IMG/VR virus record: IMGVR_UViG_3300006929_000021
Location: 1-52,863 of that record
Strand: one strand, 5' to 3'
From: a virus
Lineage: Duplodnaviria > Caudoviricetes
DNA length: 52,863 bases
The translations under genes were made by a program, and so were the position numbers. Numbering within the stretch: the stretch's first letter is position 1; every line of letters begins with the position of its first letter. Positions 17,284 to 26,538 of the stretch are shown here, piece by piece. Under the pieces are notes generated by a model. That model was not told the DNA's origin. It saw only the letters and a program-made list of their open reading frames with translations, and searched no databases.

Positions 17284-18534
17284 GTGAGTATGACTGTAAT
17301 TGGACACCCACAAAGTGGTGACCACCAGAGTGACATTAGGGTCATTAAGAATGTGATAAAAGAAAAGTCAAAAATATTTTCTTTTGCCCCAGGTAGCTGG
17401 CAACTGCTTGGGCCACTCCCAATCAGGGGAACTAGGGAGTGCGAAACCTTTGCGACCGATGGCAGAGAAATCATAGTCAATCCAGATTATGCAATCACTC
17501 TGAATTATCTAGAGATACGTGGAACACTACTGCATGAAGAGGAACACGTTAGCAAACGACATCACCTAAGGAGAGGTGATCGACTACCTCTCGCATGGAA
17601 TTATGCTTGCGACTACCAGATTAATGGCGAGCTAGTTAGGGGTAGTGGATATGGAACACTATACACATTGCCCGAAGGCTTTCTGTACGATGATCTGTAT
17701 TCCAACTGCAATTGGTCAGTCGAAAAGATCTACAACGACATGATCCAAAAGGGTTGGAAGGAACCACCAGACAGTGAGGATGGTGGTGGAGTCGGTGAGG
17801 TGTTGGACTCACCAAATGCCGATGATCCCGATGCGAACAGACAGGAGCAAGAGGAGATCATGGAGCGTGTGCGTGATGCAGAACTGTTAGAGAAAGCAGT
17901 TAGTCGGGGAGGGCAAGGTAGACTAAGAGATAATGTGAATGATGAGTCGGACAGGGGTACTGCATCCCCAGAAATCATTCGCCAGTTTTTACGAAAGACT
18001 TTTACTCAGACTCGTAGCTTTAGGAGACCGAATAAAAGATTCTTAAGTAAAAATATATTGTTGCCGTCACGTGCAAAGGTGGTGAAGGATCTGTACGTTG
18101 CGATTGATTCGTCTGCTTCTGTTGGTATGACTGAGTTTGAGCAGTATAGAAAAAATCTGATTCGGTGGGCAAATGAGCTTAAGCTACAGAAGATTCATAT
18201 TGCATATATTGATAGCCGAATACACAAAAACCCTGACACCAATGAGCCATGGTGGACCATTGATCTGACGAGTGGCAGGGGGGCCAATGCTATGGAGCTA
18301 GATGTCCATGGCGGTGGTGGCACATCCTTTGATCCCATCTTCAAACACATAAGAGATAAGGATGAGGGCCATAAGATAGGTGCATTGGTCTATTTCACTG
18401 ATGGGTATGGATATGTAGAGGACATAACCAGTGTGCCATATCCTGTGTTGTGGATTACGTCAGCCGTTTCACCCAACTTCATCAATGAAGATGGAGATTA
18501 TTGGGAAGGTTTTGGAGCCGTAGTAGAAATATAA
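17284..18534 (+). CDS. zincin metallopeptidase + vWA domain protein (DUF2201-like)
   Basis: ATDG..LLHEEEH..WNYACDYQIN peptidase motifs; MIDAS DSSAS, GGGTSF, FTDG. Confidence 0.85.
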   Translation: MSMTVIGHPQSGDHQSDIRVIKNVIKEKSKIFSFAPGSWQLLGPLPIRGTRECETFATDGREIIVNPDYAITLNYLEIRGTLLHEEEHVSKRHHLRRGDRLPLAWNYACDYQINGELVRGSGYGTLYTLPEGFLYDDLYSNCNWSVEKIYNDMIQKGWKEPPDSEDGGGVGEVLDSPNADDPDANRQEQEEIMERVRDAELLEKAVSRGGQGRLRDNVNDESDRGTASPEIIRQFLRKTFTQTRSFRRPNKRFLSKNILLPSRAKVVKDLYVAIDSSASVGMTEFEQYRKNLIRWANELKLQKIHIAYIDSRIHKNPDTNEPWWTIDLTSGRGANAMELDVHGGGGTSFDPIFKHIRDKDEGHKIGALVYFTDGYGYVEDITSVPYPVLWITSAVSPNFINEDGDYWEGFGAVVEI

Positions 18535-18556
18535 ATTTTAACTGGAGGATAATTTT

Positions 18557-19576
18557 ATGTCGCAAGACACGAAGAAGTTTTTCGAGAGTTGGGTTATCAC
18601 AGGGCTAGAAGTAGAAAAGTGGGGGACAGTGAAGCAACACAAACAACTCGCCTATGAGGGAGCGAAGGCTGTTGGAGTTGCTACCTATAGAGCGAAAGGT
18701 GCTGTTGCTATCCTTGATGAGGGGATTACACGTGCAATTGATAAGCCCATAAGGATAGCTCGTAAGGAGTTGAAGGAGATGACAGTGCCGTGGTCATCTT
18801 CTATGAACGACAGTAATGGCGGAAGGATTAGTGGTAATGAATACCTATTATCTCCAGATGATGTAGATGAATATCGTAAGATGATGGAGGCACATAAGCA
18901 CGACTGGGATGTCGTGCTTCAAGATAGGTTGTTTGGTCAATGGGACTTTCTATTGGCCGAAGCTGAAGATGTGCTAGGTAAAGACTTCTTCATGGCGTGT
19001 GATTTTCCAGATCTACCCACACTCAGAGAACAATACTCATGGCACGTGAAGTTCGACATACTCACAGACGTAGCCGACATCACGAAAGATGTCAGACTCT
19101 CTGCTCCGAAATCTGTGATTGAACACGCAGTAGGTGCCATGGAACAACAGCAAGCTAGTAAGTTTTCTAATGCTGTCTGGCATCTGGCCAATAGCGTGAG
19201 AGAAGAAGCAGATAAAATTATATATGGCAAGAAGGGTAAGGGAGGCATAGATGGCTACGTCTACAACCCAGAAAATAACAAGGTTGGTAACACCTTGCCC
19301 AGAGGTCCAGGTTGGGAAAGCTTAGCCAACACAGCCGAAAGATTAGATAAGTGGACCAGCACTTTGGACAATGAAAACCTCACTGAAGCATCTAGTATGA
19401 TTAAGGAATTGGTTGCGGATATTGAGGAGTTAGGCGATGGTGATTTGACCGAAGCTAGAAGTGCCTTGTCTGGTGAGGATAGCACCAAGCGAGATGAAGT
19501 ACGAGAGAGACTATCCAATATCAAGAATGTAGCAGGGGAGTCGATGGGCAAAAAACTAGATGACTTCCTAAGTTAA
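18557..19576 (+). CDS. DUF3150-like protein
   Basis: 339 aa, helical; N-terminal hydrophobic strand followed by W; usual partner position after AAA/vWA genes. Confidence 0.5.
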   Translation: MSQDTKKFFESWVITGLEVEKWGTVKQHKQLAYEGAKAVGVATYRAKGAVAILDEGITRAIDKPIRIARKELKEMTVPWSSSMNDSNGGRISGNEYLLSPDDVDEYRKMMEAHKHDWDVVLQDRLFGQWDFLLAEAEDVLGKDFFMACDFPDLPTLREQYSWHVKFDILTDVADITKDVRLSAPKSVIEHAVGAMEQQQASKFSNAVWHLANSVREEADKIIYGKKGKGGIDGYVYNPENNKVGNTLPRGPGWESLANTAERLDKWTSTLDNENLTEASSMIKELVADIEELGDGDLTEARSALSGEDSTKRDEVRERLSNIKNVAGESMGKKLDDFLS

Positions 19577-19598
19577 ATTTCAAATGGAGTAAAATATT

Positions 19599-19892
19599 AT
19601 GGATGAAGAAAGCATACTAAATCAACTGACAGACATGGACCCACAAAGCGTTAAGGCAAGATCGAAACGTTTGATTGACGAAAGAAATCTTCTGATCAAA
19701 GAATGTTTTGTCGAAGCGAAGAGACACTGTATGAGTGCTAGTACAATGCTTATTGCAATAGAAGATTCTCTATTACAGAATGGTGCGATGGATGCACGAA
19801 AGCAAATAGTTGCTAAATTAACTACACTAAGTGGTGCGTTTGATAATGCATTCAAATCTTTAGATGTAAGGAGCGAAGGGACTGATGAATAA
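19599..19892 (+). CDS. hypothetical protein
   Basis: 97 aa; GGAG RBS. Confidence 0.65.
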   Translation: MDEESILNQLTDMDPQSVKARSKRLIDERNLLIKECFVEAKRHCMSASTMLIAIEDSLLQNGAMDARKQIVAKLTTLSGAFDNAFKSLDVRSEGTDE

Positions 19893-20235
19893 CATACGAG
19901 AAGTTCTTAGACATATAACTCCCATTGAAAAGAGAGAGCCTTTTGAAGATGGAGTCAGAACGAGCAAAGCCAGAAGACTTATCCGTAATCACCTTAAGAA
20001 AGCAAAGAAGTTTGGCCACACGCCATCATTAATTTGCCGATCAGGTTACATGGAATTATACGGATGTCTTAATCAGGAATGTGGAGACACGCTCGACTGT
20101 TGGGACTCGCCTGAGATTTGTAATGGTGCGTTATCCAGACGGCAATGCGTGAATCCCGTAGCAGGCAGCAGGCTTAAAAATATATTTAAGTTTTATTCTT
20201 ACCTGCTACGATGGTTCCAAAGGAGGTTTCGTTAA
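19885..20235 (+). CDS. hypothetical Cys-rich protein
   Basis: 116 aa; overlaps the upstream stop. Confidence 0.6.
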   Translation: MNNIREVLRHITPIEKREPFEDGVRTSKARRLIRNHLKKAKKFGHTPSLICRSGYMELYGCLNQECGDTLDCWDSPEICNGALSRRQCVNPVAGSRLKNIFKFYSYLLRWFQRRFR

Positions 20236-20523
20236 ATGAAATTATCAAGAAAATCTATAGACCTGGGCATGGCCAAGCTAGATCTCTATGCTCAAATGAT
20301 GTACTTGCTTGGTGATGTTCTAAACCTATTCCGCAAGATGACACTATCATTTGAAACCGAAGGAGACTCTGCCAAGATAACAGAGGAGATGTACAACGAG
20401 GTGTCGGAAAATATACTACCTCAGATAGCGGACATCTTTGAAAAAGAAGAGGTCCTTGCAAGGAGGATGGATCAAGAAGCGATGGGGATTTTGCAGAATC
20501 AAGAAGAGGAGACATTTCATTAA
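20236..20523 (+). CDS. hypothetical protein
   Basis: 95 aa; AGGAGG RBS. Confidence 0.7.
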   Translation: MKLSRKSIDLGMAKLDLYAQMMYLLGDVLNLFRKMTLSFETEGDSAKITEEMYNEVSENILPQIADIFEKEEVLARRMDQEAMGILQNQEEETFH

Positions 20524-20535
20524 AGAGGAGGAGTT

Positions 20536-20772
20536 ATGGTAGATAGGAGCAGGGTAGACGACTTAATAGAAAAGGCAGGGCTACCCGAAATAGTTAGGTC
20601 AGGAATCAGCTTGCATTTTAATGATGTTGACGGACCAGTTTTTATTGAAAGTGTTTGGCTAGAAGATGACACTGTGGATCTTATCTGGCGTGATGCTGAC
20701 AAAGCAATAGAACTGTTGTTGGATGGAGATGAAGCACGTAAGGGGGAGAAAGATAATGTTAATAGCAGATAA
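20536..20772 (+). CDS. hypothetical protein
   Basis: 78 aa; AGGAGG RBS. Confidence 0.7.
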   Translation: MVDRSRVDDLIEKAGLPEIVRSGISLHFNDVDGPVFIESVWLEDDTVDLIWRDADKAIELLLDGDEARKGEKDNVNSR

Positions 20773-22159
20773 ATTTTTAACGAATGGTATGGCGGTGTTT
20801 AATGGTATGCCTCCAGTGGTTGTTGACATAGAGGATTCTATGTGGTCAATCAGTCAAGACGAAAAGGATCTCCAGTTTAACACAGGTGGAGAGAGGAGTC
20901 TCAAAGATGCTGTGGCCCACAATATTGGTAACCTGATTCTCGACAAGGTGAGTACCTATGGCCCGATCAATGCCAATAATTTAATGCCTCAATACTGGTC
21001 GAATATAAAGCCCCCATTCAACACTCTTTCAACAGTCCATGCATCTCGCAAAATCTCTGACTTTCCGCCCTTACTTTCACCATTCCCATGGACATGGATT
21101 GAAGCTGAAGTTCCTATCAATGTGCTAAAAGCATGGTTTGGTGTGAATTACAACAAGCGTCAAAGGATACGATGGGCCATGCTATACCAGACAACTCCCC
21201 TAAAAGATGGTGTGCTTGAGATTAGTCGTGACGAACCATGGATGTCTGATGCACCATTTAGGCACTGGCAGAATATTGCGAGCTTGGTGGAGGGTGTCGA
21301 AACAGATGCGAGCTACTTGGCTACAGCAATCATCTTTGTTGACCTTGGTAAAGTGATGAAAAAAATAGTCGGTCCTATCTCTGCGATGCAATTTTTACTA
21401 GACAAGAATGGTTCCTACATGACCGAAGAAACAAATTGGTTTGCAACGTTGGTAGAGGAGGCAATGCAAGATCAATACAATGCGAGTGTGGATGGCAGTG
21501 TAGATGGTAATCCAATACACAACATGGACCGAAGTCTTCTTGAAGCTCGAATGGAGTGTGACCAGATGGCTTCATCTGTGATTAACTATGACTCATGGGG
21601 AAACATTACGGCTGAAGATGCTAGAATCCCGAACATTGAAGAGGCTATGATGGAAACAATGGTGTCGGCACCCTATAACAGGTTTATGCACAGTAACAAA
21701 ATTTTTGGTTTTCAATATACGGACTCGTCAGTAGACGTCATGGCTGAGCCTGAGATGACGACACACATTACGACAGACAACATCGTTATCGAAGGAATGA
21801 AGTCTTTGCTTTGGTCGATAGGTTTCTTGAATTGCAGTAACGTGGGAACTGTACGTGTTAAAAATAATCCTAAGAAAGAAAGAAAGTTTAAGAAACAAAA
21901 CAATAGGTTGCCTCTTCAGTATCGGATGATCACAGTTTCGCCTCACTTGAGTCAAGTGAATGAGCATTCAGATGAAGTAGTAAATCAACGAGATCTACCA
22001 CTTCACGTGGTCAGGGGTCACTTCAGAAAGTACACAAAAGATAAGCCATTGTTTGGCCGACTTCATGGTACCTTCTGGATACCCGCCCATGCGAAGGGGT
22101 CGAAGGATCATGGCCAAATCGTCCATGAATACGAAGTCAACAAAGAGGAGGAGTTATGA
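20756..22159 (+). CDS. hypothetical protein with C-terminal HxVRGHxR...W...H motif
   Basis: LHVVRGHFRKY..LFG..FWIPAHAKG; ATG at 20756 with GGGGGAG RBS. Confidence 0.8.
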   Translation: MLIADKFLTNGMAVFNGMPPVVVDIEDSMWSISQDEKDLQFNTGGERSLKDAVAHNIGNLILDKVSTYGPINANNLMPQYWSNIKPPFNTLSTVHASRKISDFPPLLSPFPWTWIEAEVPINVLKAWFGVNYNKRQRIRWAMLYQTTPLKDGVLEISRDEPWMSDAPFRHWQNIASLVEGVETDASYLATAIIFVDLGKVMKKIVGPISAMQFLLDKNGSYMTEETNWFATLVEEAMQDQYNASVDGSVDGNPIHNMDRSLLEARMECDQMASSVINYDSWGNITAEDARIPNIEEAMMETMVSAPYNRFMHSNKIFGFQYTDSSVDVMAEPEMTTHITTDNIVIEGMKSLLWSIGFLNCSNVGTVRVKNNPKKERKFKKQNNRLPLQYRMITVSPHLSQVNEHSDEVVNQRDLPLHVVRGHFRKYTKDKPLFGRLHGTFWIPAHAKGSKDHGQIVHEYEVNKEEEL

Positions 22160-22326
22160 GATTGTACGAGAGAGTAGCACAAGAGATAGTTAAAGATATT
22201 AGTGGGAGATACGAGGAGTACGACAATATAGAACCACTAGAACTTTTTCTTAAAAATCTGCAAGAGATGGACAACCCAGAAGTGACAGAACAATTACAGG
22301 CAATGTTGCCAGAGGAGGAAGTATGA
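22156..22326 (+). CDS. small acidic protein (56 aa, not in ORF track)
   Basis: Hand-translated MRLYERVAQE...EEEV*; AGGAGG RBS; ATGA overlap. Confidence 0.65.
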   Translation: MRLYERVAQEIVKDISGRYEEYDNIEPLELFLKNLQEMDNPEVTEQLQAMLPEEEV

Positions 22327-22327
22327 T

Positions 22328-22516
22328 ATGTCATTTGCCGACAAAGTAGTAGAAGAATTGGTTAACCAGATTAGAGAATGGGAGGATGAGACAGGACTAA
22401 GCGAGCTAATACACAGACTAGTAGAGATAGGAGATGAAGAAGGAGTAGCCCACGACATCATAGAGGCATTGGAGGCTTGCCTTGATGATGAGGACAACCA
22501 TGAGGAGGAGTTATGA
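22328..22516 (+). CDS. small, highly acidic protein
   Basis: 62 aa, very D/E-rich; GAGGA RBS. Confidence 0.7.
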   Translation: MSFADKVVEELVNQIREWEDETGLSELIHRLVEIGDEEGVAHDIIEALEACLDDEDNHEEEL

Positions 22517-22680
22517 AGTGTGTAATATGTGGTTACGAAATACGAGGGTTTGGCAACAACGCATTGCCAGTGAAGGTTGGACAATGTTGTGGCACGTGCA
22601 ACGATACCGTTGTCATACCGAAGAGGTTGGCAAATGTGTTTGGTGCATCTAGGCCCCAAAAAAAACCCCTTGACCAGTGA
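22513..22680 (+). CDS. small zinc-finger protein (55 aa, not in ORF track)
   Basis: Hand-translated MKCVICG..FGNNALPV..QCCGTCND.VVIP.R; AGGAGG RBS; ATGA overlap. Confidence 0.75.
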   Translation: MKCVICGYEIRGFGNNALPVKVGQCCGTCNDTVVIPKRLANVFGASRPQKKPLDQ

Positions 22681-22738
22681 GTACGGAGATACTCAGTGAC
22701 CAAGGGAGAAGGATGGAGGAGGTTCCTTCTGTTTTTTT
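22658..22738. terminator. putative back-to-back terminators
   Basis: A-run + CCCTTG..TGAGTA/TACTCA..CAAGGG hairpin (minus strand); AGAAGGA/TCCTTCT + T7 (plus strand). Confidence 0.5.
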
Positions 22739-22880
22739 ACTAACCAAAATTCTACGAGAGAGGAGTATCGTAGATGGTTCAACTTATTATGAAATTTTGT
22801 GCCAGTCAACAGCACGCAGGCAGCAGGTTTTAAAATATATTTAAGTTTTATTTTTTCCACATCGTTACGGGGGGTGAACA

Positions 22881-23459
22881 ATGAAAATAAAGGATGACTG
22901 GATGGATGTAGCAATAGCAGATGAGAGACAAACTTCACTGTGGAGTGACGAGTCCGCAGAACTTGAGCCTGAGGAGGCCAACGGAGTGCCTGACCTTGAC
23001 CACCTGAGAGAGTTGTCCAGGGAACCTATATCAAAATGCAAGCACTGTGGTGGACGCAGTAAGGTGTACGGATACAAGCTAGGCTCCTACACTAGAGTTC
23101 TGTGTTGGCTTTCCTATATGGAGAGACAACACGGGCCAGGAGACTACTACCATGTACCTTCTTCGGGAGCAATTAATGGTGGAGGCGACTATGCTAAGCT
23201 GAGATTTTGGAACCTGATTGAAGCTATGCCAAACTCTGATAGCAACAAAAGATCATCGGGCATGTGGAGGCTCACGCACCTTGGTCGAGAATTTGTATTT
23301 GGTAGGACAACGGTTAGTTCAATATGCTACTACCGACACCCAGAGGGTGGCGTATTAGGATTTGAGCCTGAACAAATAAGTATCGTTGAAGCACTTGGCA
23401 AACATTTTAGCTATCCATCACTAATGAATGGATACACCACAACAAAAGCCAGGAGGTAG
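22881..23459 (+). CDS. conserved phage protein (CxxC + probable winged helix)
   Basis: CKHCG; GGDYAKLRFWNLIE..SGMWRLTHLGREFV. Confidence 0.7.
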   Translation: MKIKDDWMDVAIADERQTSLWSDESAELEPEEANGVPDLDHLRELSREPISKCKHCGGRSKVYGYKLGSYTRVLCWLSYMERQHGPGDYYHVPSSGAINGGGDYAKLRFWNLIEAMPNSDSNKRSSGMWRLTHLGREFVFGRTTVSSICYYRHPEGGVLGFEPEQISIVEALGKHFSYPSLMNGYTTTKARR

Positions 23460-23528
23460 GATGGAACTATTTCTTGTTTATATGTTTCTCGCATGTCTCA
23501 TATTAATTATTAGTGGAAGGGGGTAAAA

Positions 23529-24032
23529 ATGCATGATGAAAAGTATTGGCTCTTGGGTAATCCAAAAAATACAGCAACCAAAATCGCACTTAGCGTACAT
23601 GGTAGGCAAAAGGACAAGAGAGGTGAGCCGTATATGGGACACATTGAGGATGTTGAGTTTCGTGTTAGACAACTAGGCCCAACGTTCTCAGTGGTGGCGA
23701 TACTGCACGACTCAATAGAAGATGCCAAATCTAAAAGGGTTCGTAAGAAAATACGGAATGAGATTCGTGGTGTGTTTGGTGATCTTATTTATGATGCTGT
23801 CATGGCAATTAGCAAGCGTCCCGATGAGGACTACCATACAGATTACTTGGTCAGAGTGGCAAGCAATCCCATCGCCTTACAGGTCAAGCTTGCAGACATC
23901 AAAGCCAACTTACAACACCTACCCATGATGGAAGATTCTGCAACTAGAGAAAGACTTAGACAAAAATACCACATAGCCATGAGAGCTTTGGGAAATAAAA
24001 TGTTAGAGCAGCAGCTGGCCGCAGTTAGTTAA
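23529..24032 (+). CDS. HD-domain hydrolase, RelA/SpoT small alarmone hydrolase-like
   Basis: H..Q.DK.GEPY..H...V...AILHDSIED...VKLADI..N. Confidence 0.85.
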   Translation: MHDEKYWLLGNPKNTATKIALSVHGRQKDKRGEPYMGHIEDVEFRVRQLGPTFSVVAILHDSIEDAKSKRVRKKIRNEIRGVFGDLIYDAVMAISKRPDEDYHTDYLVRVASNPIALQVKLADIKANLQHLPMMEDSATRERLRQKYHIAMRALGNKMLEQQLAAVS

Positions 24033-24069
24033 AAATATTTTTCAGTTTTATTTTAACCGAGGAGGTTCG

Positions 24070-24306
24070 ATGTACCGACTACAGTATATAGATAGTCTAG
24101 GAATGTCATGTTGCGAATGGTTTGAGAGCGAGGATGAGGCCATGGCGGTGGTGGCCAGAGACAACCCAACACACTGGAAGATCAGGTTCGTTGAATTTCC
24201 TTTCACACTCACAAGACATTCCGTGGGACCAGTGAATGAGGATTCGGAAGTTAGGCATATACTGCAATGGCTCAACAGATGGGCCGATAGCTTCCGTGGA
24301 TTCTAA
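24070..24306 (+). CDS. hypothetical protein
   Basis: 78 aa; AGGAGG RBS; converges on the primase-helicase gene. Confidence 0.65.
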   Translation: MYRLQYIDSLGMSCCEWFESEDEAMAVVARDNPTHWKIRFVEFPFTLTRHSVGPVNEDSEVRHILQWLNRWADSFRGF

Positions 24307-26054
24307 AAATCCCAGTCATAGTCATCGTGTGCAGGGCCAAAGTCATGCCAACGCCCACTGCCCTTGTCGTAGTGTAATGGGCATGATCCATTTTTTCCTA
24401 CCCAATTCCAACGTGCCTTCCACACGTGAGCTTCGGGTGGCTCTTCATCTTGTGGATGTCTCCATACCGTAAGACCTATATCAGCCTTACTGAACCAAGT
24501 GTGTGAGCCAGAGATGTCTAGCCCTGTCACCACTATCTTTTTGCCTGACCTACGTTCAGAGGAAAGCTTAGCAGGGTGGGCGATGAAGAACACGTGAGCG
24601 TCGTGATTTTTTGCCCACTGCTGTACCTTAGTAAGCATTTGACTAATTGCATCGGTCTCTTTGCCACCACCCATGTCGATATAGTTGTATGGATCTATCA
24701 CAAGAATCCTACTTCCATATCTCAACACGCACTCACTCGCCTTACGTAAAATGCTATCAATATCTGAAGCACCACCACTTCGATTGTCCATGAATACAAA
24801 GTTGTCTTGCATCACTTCTCTAGTAAACTCTACCTCTTCTTGGGTCATACGATTGATATCTTTTTCTAGGAAGAATGGGCGGTCAATAACCTTTTGGCTC
24901 AACTGAGCGTAGTGGTAATCAGCAGGTTTTTCAAAGCTACAAAAAACTGTTTTATAATTATTGCTTTTTGCCAGGTTGACACAAAGTTGGTCAATAAGAT
25001 CCGACTTACCCGATGCGGGAAACCCAGTGACAATTGTCATCATGCCCAAGGGAACTTGCATGTATTCGTCTAGCGATTGTAGCCCAGTGGACGCACCTTT
25101 TATTTGCCCCTGCTCATACAGATTCATTACCGAATCAAAGATGTCGTTCACTGTATGCACACCAATGATAGGCATGACAGTAGCCTGGTCTAGCTGATTC
25201 TGTAGATACCTTTTCCCTTCTTTTTCTAACGCATCAGAGGCATCCTTGTAATCTCCTAGATTTACTATCCAAGTCTTTGAGCTACCAATCCTCCTGATGA
25301 TCTCCTTCTCTAAGGCATTCCCTGGTCCGTCACTATCTGTGTTAATAAATATCTTACTGGCTGACGCAAGCTGCCGTTCTGCTCGCCAGATATATCTAAA
25401 CTTGTTGTCATCTTTCGGGTCAATCTTTCCATTCGATACAGTGGCGGGTGCCCCATTCGGAATGGATAGCACGGTGAGGTTGTCAGGTAGATCGCATGAC
25501 ATCCACGCACACGCATCTATCTCTCCCTCACAAATGAGTACGTCATTACCCTCTCTGTACTGATCAAGATTAAAAAAATCTTCGCAAGTATTTTCTTGTG
25601 AAAAGTATTTGGAATCATCCGCACTGCGAAACTTTACTGCGTTGACAACACCACCATCCCTGTACGGAAACCCTATGGCGGGCACAACCTTACCATTAAA
25701 TCTACGCTCAGTTAAAATTGTATGGCTTTCGATTATCTCTTCTGCAATCTTCCTGTTTTTTAGGTAATCAAAAGCAACCTCATTGTGTGCATTGCTATCG
25801 ACTTGTATTGGTTTTGGTCTAGCCATTTTTTTCTCCGTTGAAAAATCAATAATTCTCCTCTCATGTACCCAACCACCCTCTGTGCCACAATGGTGACAGC
25901 GATACTGCACTCCCTTGCCGTCTACCTTCATGGATAGGGGTGTGTCTCGCCTATGTTTGGTTCGACTGTCCTGACACTCAGGACATCTCCGCTTATACTG
26001 ACCTATCCCTAGATTAGAACCTAACTGTAGTATCTCAGGAGCTATACTTTTCAA
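24303..26054 (-). CDS. T7 gp4/Twinkle-like primase-helicase
   Basis: Zn ribbon CPEC..CHHC; TOPRIM ICEGEID, TDSD and KDASD; SF4 helicase Walker A GFPASGKS, SFE, Walker B LVIDPYN, IAHP, KAR. Confidence 0.93.
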   Translation of the reverse strand: MKSIAPEILQLGSNLGIGQYKRRCPECQDSRTKHRRDTPLSMKVDGKGVQYRCHHCGTEGGWVHERRIIDFSTEKKMARPKPIQVDSNAHNEVAFDYLKNRKIAEEIIESHTILTERRFNGKVVPAIGFPYRDGGVVNAVKFRSADDSKYFSQENTCEDFFNLDQYREGNDVLICEGEIDACAWMSCDLPDNLTVLSIPNGAPATVSNGKIDPKDDNKFRYIWRAERQLASASKIFINTDSDGPGNALEKEIIRRIGSSKTWIVNLGDYKDASDALEKEGKRYLQNQLDQATVMPIIGVHTVNDIFDSVMNLYEQGQIKGASTGLQSLDEYMQVPLGMMTIVTGFPASGKSDLIDQLCVNLAKSNNYKTVFCSFEKPADYHYAQLSQKVIDRPFFLEKDINRMTQEEVEFTREVMQDNFVFMDNRSGGASDIDSILRKASECVLRYGSRILVIDPYNYIDMGGGKETDAISQMLTKVQQWAKNHDAHVFFIAHPAKLSSERRSGKKIVVTGLDISGSHTWFSKADIGLTVWRHPQDEEPPEAHVWKARWNWVGKNGSCPLHYDKGSGRWHDFGPAHDDYDWDF

Positions 26055-26525
26055 TTAACTATTCTCCTCCTTATCTAACTCCAAGTTACTTAATAAAGTT
26101 TTAATTACATTCTCTTTATTATCTATACTAGATATTACTATATGTGTACGTGGATTCTCCTTGTCCAACCCCCACTCCACATACTTAAACTTCACCTGTC
26201 TATCATTCTCGTAGACCGATCCCTCCATCAGGTCCAAGATTAACGACTCGTCCAAGTCAGGTCTTCGAGTCTTGTAAAATATCTTCATCGCTACAGCCAA
26301 GTCCTGTTTCTTGCCGTATAAATCCTTGCGGACTGGGCACTGCAACTGGAAGAATTTACTGTAAGACAGTGCCTTCTTTGACTTGATAAACATAGCTCTG
26401 CCACGAACCGTAACTAACCTACGAGAGTTAGCTTTTGACGCAGGTTCACCCTGTATCATAATGTAACACGGATCGTCGTCAATGCTCTTGCGTTTCATAT
26501 CTCGTAGGGTTATCATTCCTCTCAC
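26055..26525 (-). CDS. rusA: RusA-like Holliday junction resolvase
   Basis: GEPASKANSRR, RRPDLD..LILD, YENDRQV, DKENPR; exact start uncertain. Confidence 0.85.
   Translation of the reverse strand: MRGMITLRDMKRKSIDDDPCYIMIQGEPASKANSRRLVTVRGRAMFIKSKKALSYSKFFQLQCPVRKDLYGKKQDLAVAMKIFYKTRRPDLDESLILDLMEGSVYENDRQVKFKYVEWGLDKENPRTHIVISSIDNKENVIKTLLSNLELDKEENS
26488..26516 (+). promoter_or_regulatory. sigma70-like promoter for recombination operon
   Basis: TTGCGT-17 nt-TATCAT. Confidence 0.55.
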
Positions 26526-26538
26526 TGCTAGGCCATAC

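Larger units (their letters stand above)
20161..24052 (-). repeat. AT-rich repeat family B, inverted copies
   Basis: GCAGGCAGCAGGYTTWAAAATATATTTAAGTTTTATT at 20161 and 22816, degenerate at 24030; the core is the reverse complement of TTAAATATATTTT. Confidence 0.7.
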
